DNA of 64,000 nt from Callorhinchus milii (Eukaryota): NCBI RefSeq assembly GCF_018977255.1, contig NW_024704743.1, positions 80,168,001 to 80,232,000 of the forward strand, given 5' to 3'. Positions 1-11,164 of this stretch are shown here, in pieces; the stretch's first letter is position 1, and every line of letters begins with the position of its first letter. The notes under the pieces are model-generated. The model had not been told where the DNA came from, searched no databases, and saw nothing but the letters and a program-made list of their open reading frames with translations. A program made the translations under genes and the position numbers.

Positions 1-250
1 ATCCTTACATTTGATATAGCACAATATCAAGACATTGAGACGTTTAAAAACTCTTCAAAAGATTTTATTCTGAAATGTAGTGATTGTGTATTTGTAGGTA
101 TTGAACGTGACATCCAATTTGGACAAAGCATTGTCCCAGCCATGAAGCAAATTACTAATTTCAGTTGACTGATTGTTGGCCAGACAATGGGAGAAACTCC
201 CTTCAATATTTGACTAAGTCAAATATCACAGATGACTAAGATCCAGTTTT
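1..250 (-). mobile_element. Degraded Deu-domain SINE, 3' part
   Basis: Reverse-complement SINE tail (catttgatatagc) and Deu-like gggagaaactccc motif. Confidence 0.6.
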
Positions 251-263
251 TATCTTACATTAT

Positions 264-575
264 ATAATAATAATCGTTGCATTTGATATAGCGCTTTTCA
301 TGTCTTCCCAACGTCCCAAGCGCTTCACAGAATAGACTGTAAAGTGAATTGACCGTATATTTGTGGGCGAAACGCGGCAGCCGATTGCGCACAGCAGTGT
401 CCCACAAACATTCGTGGATTGAAAATGACCAATTTATTATTGTTTTGTTTTGGAGGGATTATTATTAGGCGTGTGGAGTAAGGAAACTTGCCCAAGGTTT
501 CACCCTGCCTGGAATTGAACCCAGGTGTCTGAATTGCAAGGCGAGTGCTCTAACCATTGAGCTACAGGACTCCAT
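264..575 (-). mobile_element. tRNA-Ala-derived SINE, short form, full length
   Basis: Minus strand reads TGGAGTCCTGTAGCTCAATGG (A box), GGTTCAATTCC (B box), CCTTGGGCAAGT, a 3' hairpin and a (TTA)n tail. Confidence 0.9.
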
Positions 576-1262
576 GTGCTTCTGCATTGCCCAGTATTAT
601 ATAATGGCTGGAGAGTCACTACCCCATTTGAATAGCATAATAGCAATATGTAGTCTACTGTTTTTGGTGCTTGATGGCATATTTAGCATTTTGGATCAAT
701 TATTATTATCTGTTCTGAAATATTAGATTTCTTCATTCATTCCTCAAGGCAGACCATGGAACTAAACATTCCCGGACTTGCACACAACAGTTTGATTTGA
801 AGACTTCCCCACTTGATTTCCACTCCTGATCATGGCGATTAGTATTTGAGTACAGCTAAAAATAAGATACTGACTCAACATGGTTGGAATTGTGTGAAGG
901 AGCACTCAAACGTCGACCATGGGATGGAAAATAAATTAAGGTGGCTTAGCAATATCTTTGGAAATAAGCTTTGAAACAAACCATTGAGTCAAAGATGAGG
1001 TGAGGGAATGTGTTTACAGACAACTGTTTAGAAATGGATTGGATTTCATAACCAATTCATAATTTTCACTCCAAATCTGTTATGACATGTATTTTTCTCC
1101 CATTGCATGTTAGATCTTAATGGCTCCGAATTATGAACAAATATTGGTATTATTTTACTTAACTTTCAACTTTTTATTAACACTTAACTTTGTACTTAAC
1201 CGAGTAAATATTGGTCTTGCTTAACTTGCATCTTTCTGTTAACGTTTGATTTTGTGTTATAG

Positions 1263-1354
1263 GTGTGGATTTGAGCGATTGCCCTGAGGGCAGAAGAGAT
1301 GGGTGATTCATATAGTTTTGAGAATCCGTGAGATAACCGCAATTGAATTCAGAG
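1263..1354 (+). other. Candidate 92-nt non-coding exon (5'UTR, poison or lncRNA)
   Basis: Acceptor ttttgtgttatag with an AG-free zone from about 1205 and TTAAC branch-like motifs; donor AG|gtaaac; stop codons in all three frames. Confidence 0.5.
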
Positions 1355-1574
1355 GTAAACGTGCATTGATTCTTATATCATACTGGCTATGCCCGTGGGA
1401 TTGTTATTCCAATTCCATGGAATTGTTACTAGAACATACATAAAAGGGATCAAAAGAGTATACAACGTAAAAGTTCCACCCTCATGTTAGAAACAAATAT
1501 TGACAGTGTTCGGAAATTGTTAACCCCATAGTTACCGACATGGTCAAGAGCATATTTTAAGGACTGAATCTCAC

Positions 1575-2040
1575 TGTGTGTTTCGTGGGAGAACCTGGCA
1601 GCCAATTTGCGCACAGCAGTGCCCCAAAAACAGCCATGAAATAAATGGCCAATTATATTTTGGGAGGATTTGTTGGCTAGACAGCAGAAGAAACTCCCTT
1701 CTCTTTTTGAATACTGCCATACGAAACCCTGGGCAAGTTTCCTTACTCCACATGCCTAGTAATAATCACTACAAAACACAAAACAATAATAAATTGGTCA
1801 TTTTCAATCCACAACTTTTTGTGGGACACTGTTGTGCGCAATTGGCTGCTGCGTTTCGCCCACAAATATACAGTCAATTCACTTTACAGCATATTCTGTG
1901 AAGCGCTTTGAGATGTCTAGAAGACGTGAAAAGCGCTATATTCAAATGCAAGGATTATTATTATTATTATCCACCTGAACAGGCAGACAGGACCTCCGCT
2001 TAAAGTCTCATCTGAAGGACGGATACTCAGTCTCTTCAGT
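1575..2040 (-). mobile_element. Deu-domain SINE interrupted by an Ala-SINE
   Basis: aaactcccttctcttttgaata...ccat followed by ccacctgaacaggcagac...tctcatctgaagg, matching the copy at 20975-21322. Confidence 0.8.
1722..1970 (+). mobile_element. 5'-truncated Ala-SINE, short form
   Basis: Starts at cgaaaccctgggcaagtttcc; ends in the hairpin plus (TTA)n. Confidence 0.9.
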
Positions 2041-2728
2041 ATACCCCATTATCTTGATGATATGTTAAGGTGTTATATCAATACACAGATTGTTATTATT
2101 AATACTGGCTCTAGGCTATCTTGAAAAGCACCTCCCAATATAAACGGTGTTTTCAACAGGGAATTGATCCCCTGCATGTCACACCTAGTCACAAGCCTTT
2201 GGCTCTGAACAAAGATCTCTTTGAATTGAATTTCAGCTAATTGAATTTTGGAATTGTGGAAAAGTAGTTTGCATTGATACGACATTTTGAAATCTTGACT
2301 TCATTTGCCTCATTATGGAGAAAATTCAACAGTCTGATAGTGTGCTGAAGAGCATGGAAGAGCTCAGGATTTGGCATCGAGTTGGCATGTTCACACATGA
2401 AGCAACTTTTAACTCACGTAGAAGATGTTCCAACTCATTTGATCAAGAAATACAATGTTTAGTGTGAATCTAATCTGGAATATTTATATCCTTTTAGGAC
2501 TGGCAACAGGAAGCTTGATTTGTCCTAAACCTTGGGACAAATTGTCATTTAAATTGCTCAGATCGTGAGATTAACATCAACAGCAGGACAACCTAGTCCT
2601 GAAGTGATGCATTGAAATTGTTGCCATTGTAAATCATCAGGGTACATGAGACTTGAATTGCTGCAAATAGGATGATTTTATCTCCTTTAGCCTTTCAAAG
2701 TATTTACGTCTTTTCAAAGTATCAGGTT

Positions 2729-2783
2729 ATGTGCATCACGTTGTATTCATAGTATGCATGGGCACACATCGACATATATCGTC
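2729..2783 (+). repeat. 55-bp segment repeated at 3635-3689
   Basis: atgtgcatcaYgttgtattcatag...gacatatatcgtc; 51 of 55 positions identical by eye. Confidence 0.9.
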
Positions 2784-3634
2784 TTCATACAGTAAATAAA
2801 CTTTTTCATGGAGGTGCCTCAGTCTAAGCAGAGAATCTCCACTAAATCCAGGCATGAGAATTAAATACCAAGCTATGAATTACAGCATAGTGTCCGCTTT
2901 AAAAGACATTTGAATTAGGAACCTGAATCTTTTCTGCATGAGCCCATTTTTGACTTCAAATCCAAATCCCATATAAAGGTCAACAGGAACCAAGCAATAA
3001 ATTGGCAAGATCATTAATGTCCTGGCATTAATAGGAGTCTAAAATGTAATAATAATAATAATCCTTGCATTTGATATAGTGCCTTATTACGCCGTTGAGA
3101 CGTTTCAAAGCGAAAATGTAAGGGTCATAACAGAAGTTGCAAATAGCAGGCAAGAGGAAAAAAAACGAGAAATGAGTTATTATCTATTTGTTAAATCAAT
3201 AATAATACTGTAATAATAATACCTGCATTTGATAATGCACCTCAAAGTGCTTCACAGGATTTACTGTGAAGTGTACTACTATACTGACCTTGCAGTTATG
3301 AATATATTATTCACTTGTCAGGCAAATTAACAACCTTGGTGGTGTGCATTTTAAAGGTGAAAAATTAAAAGCAAAGATAAGACAGGGGCAAATGTGGTTT
3401 AAAAATGTAAATGGATTAAAACATTGTCAAGAAACACTGTTTTTTCAGTAATGTGTGTGCCTTGTCCTGTGCACTGTGCATTTCAGCAGGATGTTTGGAT
3501 CATTCTCCAGCACATATATAGGTAAAAACATCTAGCTCAGCCGTTAACTGTTTCTATTCTTGGTGCATTTTGATTTACATTTGTGTATCAGTAAATGAGT
3601 AGGAAATTGGCAAGGAACAGAAAATGGTTGGAAA

Positions 3635-3689
3635 ATGTGCATCATGTTGTATTCATAGCATGCAAGGGCACACACCGACATATATCGTC
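3635..3689 (+). repeat. Second copy of the 55-bp segment at 2729-2783
   Basis: Direct sequence comparison. Confidence 0.9.
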
Positions 3690-4309
3690 AGGTGTGTGAA
3701 ATATATGAAATTTTGGTAGTCTGTAAAAACACTTTCGATAAATATCTGGAAGTGTAGACACGTACAAACAACTTCTATTTAAGATACAACAGTAACTTGA
3801 ATTTATATGGCCACCTTCACATGGGATATAAAAACAACCTCTGATGATAATTCTTGAAGATGAATGTACCTGATTTGAAACATGTAAGATTTGCAAAGGC
3901 ATATTACTTTTGCATGCAATTTTGAAAAAAGCAAATATTTTTAAATATTTAGAAACCAGCAACATGATTCAAACCAATAACTCCTATAAAACAGCCAAGT
4001 CCAATTTAATTCCTTTAAAAAAATGATGTTTTGTGCTTTTCAAAATGAGTGATGGCACTGCAGAAAGGAATGAACCAGTTTCCTATTTAATTGACCTAAG
4101 GGGTTATTTTCTGCTTGTCACTATATTTGTCACCTTTGGCAGCGTGTGCTTAGAATACGAAATCCCATCATAAGCACACAGAAGCAAAGGTCAGAAAATT
4201 TACTGATGAAAGGAGAATGCCCACCCTGTGTCAACATCAAGAATGGTTTCATATAGAATAAAGCTGCTATTAATCTGCCCAACAAATGTGCCTTAACCTC
4301 AAGCTCAGA

Positions 4310-4553
4310 AGAGCAGCCAATTACGCACAGCAATGTGCTACAAACAGTCATGGATTGAGCGACCCATTATTTTTTTTAAGGGATTATTACCCCTGGAAAA
4401 GCGATCCCCCAATCGACTGACAACCAGGTTCCTACTTATTGTACAGGGGTATGGAGTAAGAAAACTTGCCCAATGTTTCACCCTGCTGGGAATCGAATCC
4501 TGGTCCTCTCGCTTGCAAGGCGAGTGCTCCAACCACTAAACTACAGGACTCCA
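4310..4553 (-). mobile_element. Ala-SINE, long form, tail missing
   Basis: tRNA head plus the central aagtaggaacctggttgtcagtcgattgg segment. Confidence 0.85.
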
Positions 4554-5504
4554 AAGGAACATGTAGCCCCTTTGGGATGCATGACTACGTTGGGAAATAC
4601 TACGTGTGGCCGACATTGCCTTTGGTGAGATGTGTGACCTGAATAGAACTTTTGACAAACAATTTATCATTTTGAAATCACGATTGTTGTTTTTTGTAAC
4701 GCATTCATTCCTTTTTCTCCCATTTTCCTTTCCACAACATCTGCTGTAAAATGCAGGTGAAAGTTACTGAGACTCAATTTACAGTCTTGTTTGAACAGTC
4801 AGTGGATGTGACATAGAGCAGTAATTGAACCAGAAATCAAGCTAGAGATGTTGATGGGGGAATCGTAGAACAAAAGCAGACAGCTCAATTATTTCTTGGC
4901 TGGTCTATACATGCACAACAGATGTAACATGCAGCGATGAGATGTGCTAAAGGGTTTCACATCCTAGAGCAGCCTACACAGAACATTTGCAGTGATTGTT
5001 GGAAAGCAGCTTTCATTGCAGGGAATATATTTGCTACAGTTTTAAACTGCATTTATTTAAAAAAGTTACTCATTTCACATATCCAGTAAAGTGCATTGAG
5101 ACATCTATCTCAATGACATGATCAAGTGCAATATCAAATGCAGGGATTATTATTATTATTTCATCCATTGCTTTAGGATCTTTTTCAACTGGCATAATGG
5201 CTCTAAAACATGGTGATTTAAATTGGTACATGGGAGAGGACAAGTGATGTGTTAGTTAACATGTATGGTGAGAATTAAGCAATTTTATGTTGATTAATGC
5301 ATTGAGTGGTGGTGGAGATGGATCTCCCTCCCCCCGGACTGTCACAATCATTGAACCAAGGAGTTATTTCACAACTAGTGCAATTCACATCCATGCAATA
5401 TAAAGGCATCGGATGCAAATCACACAGGCTGTGTTTCGTTGACAGCGCTGGGGCAGAACTTTCAACACACTGTTTTATTGGACCTCAGGCATTGGCAGCA
5501 TCAG

Positions 5505-5814
5505 CAACTATGAATGCACACTTCACCTTACCAAGTCAGTCAAGAATCTGGGGGTCTTGTTCGACCCTCAACTGTCCTTTCTCCCCCAATACGTTGCCAT
5601 GACCCGCTCTGCCTTCTCCCACCTCTGCAACATTGCCCGACTCTGCCACTGCCTCTCCCCTCAGGCCTCTGAAACCCATCCTCCTACCTCTCTGCCCTCC
5701 CTCATCCCAATCCTGCCCCCCACGCTTGGATCCTGATCCCCGACTGTTTAGCGCCTTGGGACATCCTCTTGATGTGAAGAACTCATTACAAATGTAATTT
5801 TGTTGTTGTTGTTG
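5505..5814 (+). mobile_element. Internally deleted L2 fragment (ORF2 piece joined to 3' tail)
   Basis: aatctgggggtcttgttcgaccctcaactgtcc (NLGVLFD motif), then the 3' hairpin and (TTG)n. Confidence 0.85.
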
Positions 5815-6436
5815 TATTGCTTTATATTACAGCCAATGGCATGTCCACCTCTTCAATACCATTAAAAAAATGGGATTTGGGTGCCATGTGCAGGGTATAG
5901 TGGACAGTATAACCAGGCTTCCTCTTCTGTATCACTTTACTATTGGGAGCTAAGCAGCTTTGCTCCTGTCTGTTTGAACACAACATTAGAGACCTGAAAG
6001 GAAATGCTCACAGTATCAGACAATATTTACAGTACAGAGAAAGATGCTATTCAGCCATTGTGTCTCTGTATTGATGCTATCTCTCTTACTGCAGTTATCT
6101 ATACTATTCCCATGACCCTTCAATATTATTTTTTTTTCAAGTATTTATCCTTTTTTATATTTAGGGTACACATACTAATAGGCATAACTGTTTATGGAGC
6201 TGTTTGATGTCTTATCAGTTCTGAGAAAGTATCAAGTCTCCGTGTATAACTTTTTGAGGAAGACAAGGTGCCACAATTGTGACTTAGATTAAAGGTTCAA
6301 CTCCAAAAATCTGTGGGCTCACAAAATCAGCAATTTCCTGCAACTTAAATTGCGGATTATACAATCAATAATGTTTCTGGAGTCATTGTGTCATATCTGA
6401 GAATCATCTGAACAGTATTAAAGAAGTAAAGTATAA

Positions 6437-7003
6437 GTGGAGTCCTGTAGCTCAGTGGTTAGAGCGCTCGTCTCACAAGCGAGATACCTGTGTTTGATTC
6501 CCGGCAGGGCGAAACCTTGGGCAAGTTTCCTTACTTCACACGCCTGGCTCTGAAACTCTATCCCCGAGTGCCTTCGCCTTGTCTCCTCCCTTTCCTCATT
6601 CAAGGCCGGTCTCAAGACATTTCTCTTTGACCATGCCTTCAGCTCCCCTCTCGACTCTCTACCCCCTCCTCGCTCCCTCCCTTCCCTCCCCTCACCCTGA
6701 CCATTTCCCCCCTGCTCGGGTCCTGACGCAACTGTACAGCGCCTTGGGACGTCCTCTCGACGTGAAAGGCGCTAAATAAATGGAATCTTGTTGTTGTTGT
6801 TGATAATAATCCCTCAAGAAAAAAAAATAAAATTGGTCATTTCAATCCACGATTATTTGTGGGACATTGCTGTGTGCAATTGGCTGCCGCGTTTCACCCA
6901 TAAATATACAGTCAATTCACTTTACAGTATATTCTGTGAAGCGTTTTGAGACGTCTAGAAGATGCGAAAAGCGCTATATCAAATGCAAGGATTATTATTA
7001 TTA
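6437..7003 (+). mobile_element. Ala-SINE split by an L2 3' fragment
   Basis: Head at 6437-6545; 3' module at 6803-7003. Confidence 0.9.
6546..6802 (+). mobile_element. Young L2 3' end nested in a SINE
   Basis: Matches about 14417-14670; hairpin and (TTG)n tail. Confidence 0.95.
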
Positions 7004-7004
7004 A

Positions 7005-7210
7005 ATAAAGAGCTTCCACAGAGGGTAACCAGTGATTGGAACCGGTTGCCAGGAAAGGTGAAGAGGCCAGGACACTGGACTCACTTAAAAAGCAGCTTGA
7101 TGCTGTAATGCGCAAAGGGTAGGGTGGGTGTTCTGGCGGGATGAGATTGGATGGGCCAAAGGGCCTTCTTCATCCAAACTAATATTGTGATCTTGTGATC
7201 CTGTGATTTG
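7005..7210 (+). mobile_element. CR1 3' end with TGTGATC-type tail
   Basis: cagagggtaaccagtgattggaac...gatgggccaaagggcc...tgtgatcttgtgatcctgtga. Confidence 0.75.
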
Positions 7211-7568
7211 ATTGTTTCCACCCAATCTTCCTCCCTGATGAATGTGGGATAGGTGTGCTGAACATGAAAGGTAAAGTGGTGGTAAGCTACTCTTTTCATG
7301 GAGCCAGCTTTTTTGGGTGTGTTGTTTTTCTGCTGCATGCTACGATTAAAGTTTAATAAAGTACTTTATCTCACAAAGTGCCTAATGTGAACATACTGTA
7401 TTAACACACAAATGTGAATAAGCTGACAGCTTCTGCACTTTGTGAGACATTTTAACCGTGTGGGCATGCCTTTTCCATAAGAGCACAATTAATCTTTCAT
7501 GTGAGGGGACTACACCTCCATTAACCACTGTCCTCCCAGCTTTTGGAAAGATAAGCACCGAACACAGG

Positions 7569-7582
7569 GTTGCCATGACAAC
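7569..7582. promoter_or_regulatory. Candidate RFX X-box
   Basis: GTTGCCATGACAAC, one mismatch from the palindromic X-box GTTGCCATGGCAAC, in non-repeat sequence. Confidence 0.35.
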
Positions 7583-7854
7583 TAATAATAAATCTGGGGC
7601 ATTGAGTTTCACAGGTTTTGACATGAATTGACTGCTTGGGTCTTGCAACCTTGTCTGCATGGCTGTGTTTCTGACTTTTTAAATGCTGTCTGTGACATCC
7701 TAACTAGCAACTGAAAGGATGGGAAGTGATATTCTGAAGCTGGGTGGTCCAACCTTTCTGCTGCTAAATATGCAAGTAAAAATTCATACAAGTTTTAAAA
7801 CAATACAGATAGCGACGAGGTATCTGTCTCTGTGCCTCTCTGCATCTCTTTCTA

Positions 7855-8069
7855 TAATAATAATAATAATAATCCTTGCATTTGATATAGCGCTTTTCAC
7901 GTCGGGAGGACGTCCCAAAGCGCTTCACAGAACACACTGTAAAGTGAATTGACTGTATATTTGTGGGCGAACGCGGCAGCCAATTGCGCACAGCAATGTC
8001 CCACAAACAGTCGTTGATTGAAAATGACCAATTTATTATTGTTTTTGGTTTTGGAGGTTTTGGAGGGAT
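7855..8069 (-). mobile_element. 5'-truncated Ala-SINE with L2-type inner hairpin
   Basis: Minus strand: GTGAAGCGCTTTGGGACGTCCTCCCGACGTGAAAAGCGCT, then (TTA)n. Confidence 0.9.
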
Positions 8070-8176
8070 TTCTCTCTGTATCTGTCTTTCTTTCTCTCTG
8101 TCTGTGTGTGTCTTTGTATCTCTCTCACTCTTTCTCTCTCTGTATACGTCTCTCTCTTTTCTCTCGCTGTCTCTGT
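8070..8176. repeat. Degenerate (CT)n/(GT)n microsatellite
   Basis: Visible dinucleotide runs. Confidence 0.85.
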
Positions 8177-8249
8177 ACCTGTACCTGACATGCTATTCTG
8201 ACATGAAACATGCTATATCAAATGCAAGGATTATCAACGTAATTAATGA

Positions 8250-8412
8250 ATTGATTATTCACTCCATGGCTGTTTGTGGACCACAATGGTGCAAATCGCT
8301 GCCTCATTTACAAAGAAAACAGTCACTACTCTGGGCAGTAATTTCTTGTGAAGGGCTTTCAGGGATTTTGATGTGATGAGGCACTACAAAGCTCCAAGTT
8401 CTTTCTTTTTCT
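8250..8412 (+). mobile_element. Old SacSINE1-like SINE 3' end with TTTC-type tail
   Basis: catggctgtttgtgg...aacagtcactac...gtgaagggcttt...caagttctttcttttt. Confidence 0.6.
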
Positions 8413-8865
8413 ATGATCTTGGATGTGTTTTGAACCTACAATAAAAAATAGATGAGCATATATAGGTGAAAAGCCTGAAACCCCATATAATTACAAATCT
8501 GTTCCTGTCTGGTGGTTTTCTGACATTTTACAGCTCTTTCTGCACATTATATCTAGGTATGCAATGAGGACATTAGAGTTGAAATATTTGATACATTTTT
8601 GCTAAAACGTCTTTCATTTGACCCTGATTACTAGGTGAGACCATGGGGATTGGTGAGAAAAGAGTTGATTAGAAGCAGTTTTTGAAATAAGCAGCTTTTA
8701 TCATAAATGGGAAAGTCTGGTGGAGACCATTGACTGATGAACAAAGCATACCTCTGTAAACATGTTCCAGGTAAAGCCCCTGAAGTGCTATGTTGGTTGT
8801 GGGATTTAACTTTGAATAATCAACTGGTTTGATCCCCCCATCACTGAACCAAACTGTTTCTTGAT

Positions 8866-8931
8866 CAACGCCATGGGACGTCCTCCCGACGTGAAAGGTG
8901 CTATACAAATGTAATCTTGTTGTTGTTGCTG
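8866..8931 (+). mobile_element. Isolated L2 3' hairpin and tail
   Basis: gggacgtcctcccgacgtgaaagg...atcttgttgttg. Confidence 0.9.
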
Positions 8932-9019
8932 TTATTGGTTTGGAGATTTGGATGGTTTCAGAGCTGACAAGCTGTCCGGAGGAAAAATTAGAGATTTTCT
9001 GCAATTAGTTAAAATTAGT

Positions 9020-9470
9020 CACAAGATTACAAGTGGTTCAGATGGAGAAGACCTTTCAGGCCTTTTGATCTCATCCTTACTGATACCCACCCATCCTTAC
9101 TGTTCCCCATCACTGAACTAAACTGTTTCTTGAATCATTGGTCTCACCCACTCTTCCTGGTACCCTGTTCTGAGTCACTATTTATCTTCTGTGTAAGTAG
9201 GTAATTCATGGTGTCTGTTCTTAAATTATCTGAACCAGTGTCCATTTGTTTCCTGCCTTGAGGTATTAGAACATACTGTACACCACTGTTAAGCACTCTG
9301 AGATGCTACCCTGCATGGAGGGCACTATATAAGTGCAAGTTGTTGTTGTTCTGGGTTTACTGTGTCAGTCCTATTTAAAATGTATCTCTATAAAGTCCCC
9401 TTTGATATGTTTCTTTAAAAGGCTGAAGATCTCTAGTTTGTCTAATAGTTTCTCATAACTCAGTGAAAGC
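9020..9470 (-). mobile_element. Degraded CR1 3' region, interrupted at 9283-9350
   Basis: Reverse complement of the CR1 tail type seen at 7140-7210 and 42720-42780. Confidence 0.55.
9283..9350 (+). mobile_element. L2 type-B 3' hairpin and tail
   Basis: ccactgttaagcactctgagatgctaccctgcatggagggcactatataagtgcaagttgttg. Confidence 0.85.
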
Positions 9471-9671
9471 TCTTAGCCAAAGAACCCCACAGGTTTGAAT
9501 CCCATTTTGAGCTGAGGAAGGATTCTCAAAACGCAGTCTGATCCTTCTTTAGAGTTGATTCGATAAAAAATGTAATTGTCCAAGATGAACAATCAGATGG
9601 AGGGAAAAATAAAGTTGTCATGAAAAATGATAGACCTTGGAATGAAGCCAATTGTTAAAATTTCCATTTTA

Positions 9672-9915
9672 AACAACAACAAACAATAAAATTACATTTG
9701 TATAGCGCCTTTCACGAAGGGAGGATGTCCCAAGGTGCTGGACAATCAGTGTTTCGGACCGGAGCTTAGCAGAGGCAAGGTAAGATTTGATAAGGTCCAG
9801 GCAGATCTGCCAATGGACTTTTAAGTTGGATTTGAGCCAGATGCGTTCAGTGGCATGCACCCAAGCCTTAAAGGAGCGGAGGTGGCTGGTGTAAGACAAG
9901 GTGGCTATTTTAAGT
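9672..9915 (-). mobile_element. Mini-L2: tail fused to a far-upstream ORF2 segment
   Basis: 9672-9765 is the tail; 9766-9900 is homologous to about 35135-35275. Confidence 0.8.
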
Positions 9916-10289
9916 GATTATCACATGATAGGCGCTTATATCAATTGAAATTGAGTGGGATCAATATCATCAGTGTTTGACTCATGATGTGTTCTGTAAA
10001 CGACTATAGCTATTCTTTACTCTGTAAAGTGGCTGATACTTACTGATCCATTCATAAGCTCCACTGACAGTATGAGGTGGACCAATTGTTTCCTGATACA
10101 GTATAGGTCACAGTCAATAATGAAGGAACTGGCATTTTTATTTTGAGTGTTCAAGTTTATGATCAATAACACTGGGCAAAACATGCTAGCCCACTCCAGC
10201 TGAGATCAGATGTTCTTTCACAGTTGCGCAAACGATTGGCGAGGAGGGTAGGAGGGGGTATTTGCTGTTTGTGGGTAATAATGGATAAC

Positions 10290-10650
10290 CTTATGGCATG
10301 TGAAGTCATGGGAAAGGTGGCAGAATGGATTGAGAAATGTCTAGGAAGTAGAAAACAAAGAGCGGAAGTACAGGGCAGCTTCCAAGACTGACAAATTAGA
10401 AAGTGATGTATTGCAGGGATCCGTATTGGATCCGTATTAGTTCATCATGTCATGAATGATTTGGACCCACATATAAGAGTCTTAAAATGTGCCGATGGCA
10501 CTAAACTATGATTTGTATGGTAAATAATGAACAGGTTTGCAAAATAATGTAGGAAGGCAGTTGCAAGAGACTTGGAGAATAGGCAGATAAGTGCCAGATG
10601 AAGTTTAATATGGAGAGTATGAAGTGATCCATTTTGGTAGGAGTAATTAA
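10290..10650 (+). mobile_element. Degraded CR1 RT fragment
   Basis: Remnants of QGSVL, ADGTKL and WQMKFN-like motifs. Confidence 0.75.
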
Positions 10651-10789
10651 CATGGTAACTAAAACCAGGGTGGTAAGAACCACCCAAATCGATCAAGCAG
10701 CAAATAGCCCCAACATCAAACAAAAGTAGAATTGCATAGACTGCATAGCACAGAAATAGGTCATTCAGCCAAACCAGTCCATGCCAGTG

Positions 10790-11155
10790 TGTTCTTTATT
10801 TTGTTCCTGCCGCTTGGCTACGGGCATGCTCCGTGATGCAGGATGTAACAGCGCCACAGTCAGCCGGCACGGCCACCAGGTGTAACTACAATGCGTGCAT
10901 ACATATGTACATGCACTGTGACACACGACGCCACAGTGCCACTTTGACTTGGCGGCCACCAGGTACAACTGCAGTGAAAAACGTAAAACTGAAAATAACT
11001 AATGCATGATAGGAGATACCTGAAAACAAATATGCCCATGTCACTCCCAGTTGGAAGACCTTTCAGATGAGGTATAAATCATGTCTCTATGTCAATCGGT
11101 TATTGAGATCCTTCTTGAAGTGCAGACAGACATTGTTGTTTTATTAGCATATAAT
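10790..11155 (-). mobile_element. Partial copy (5' part) of the putative Helitron at 49351-49795
   Basis: Homologous to about 49533-49795, including gatgaggtataaatcatgtctctatgtcaat. Confidence 0.6.
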
Positions 11156-11164
11156 GTATAGAAG

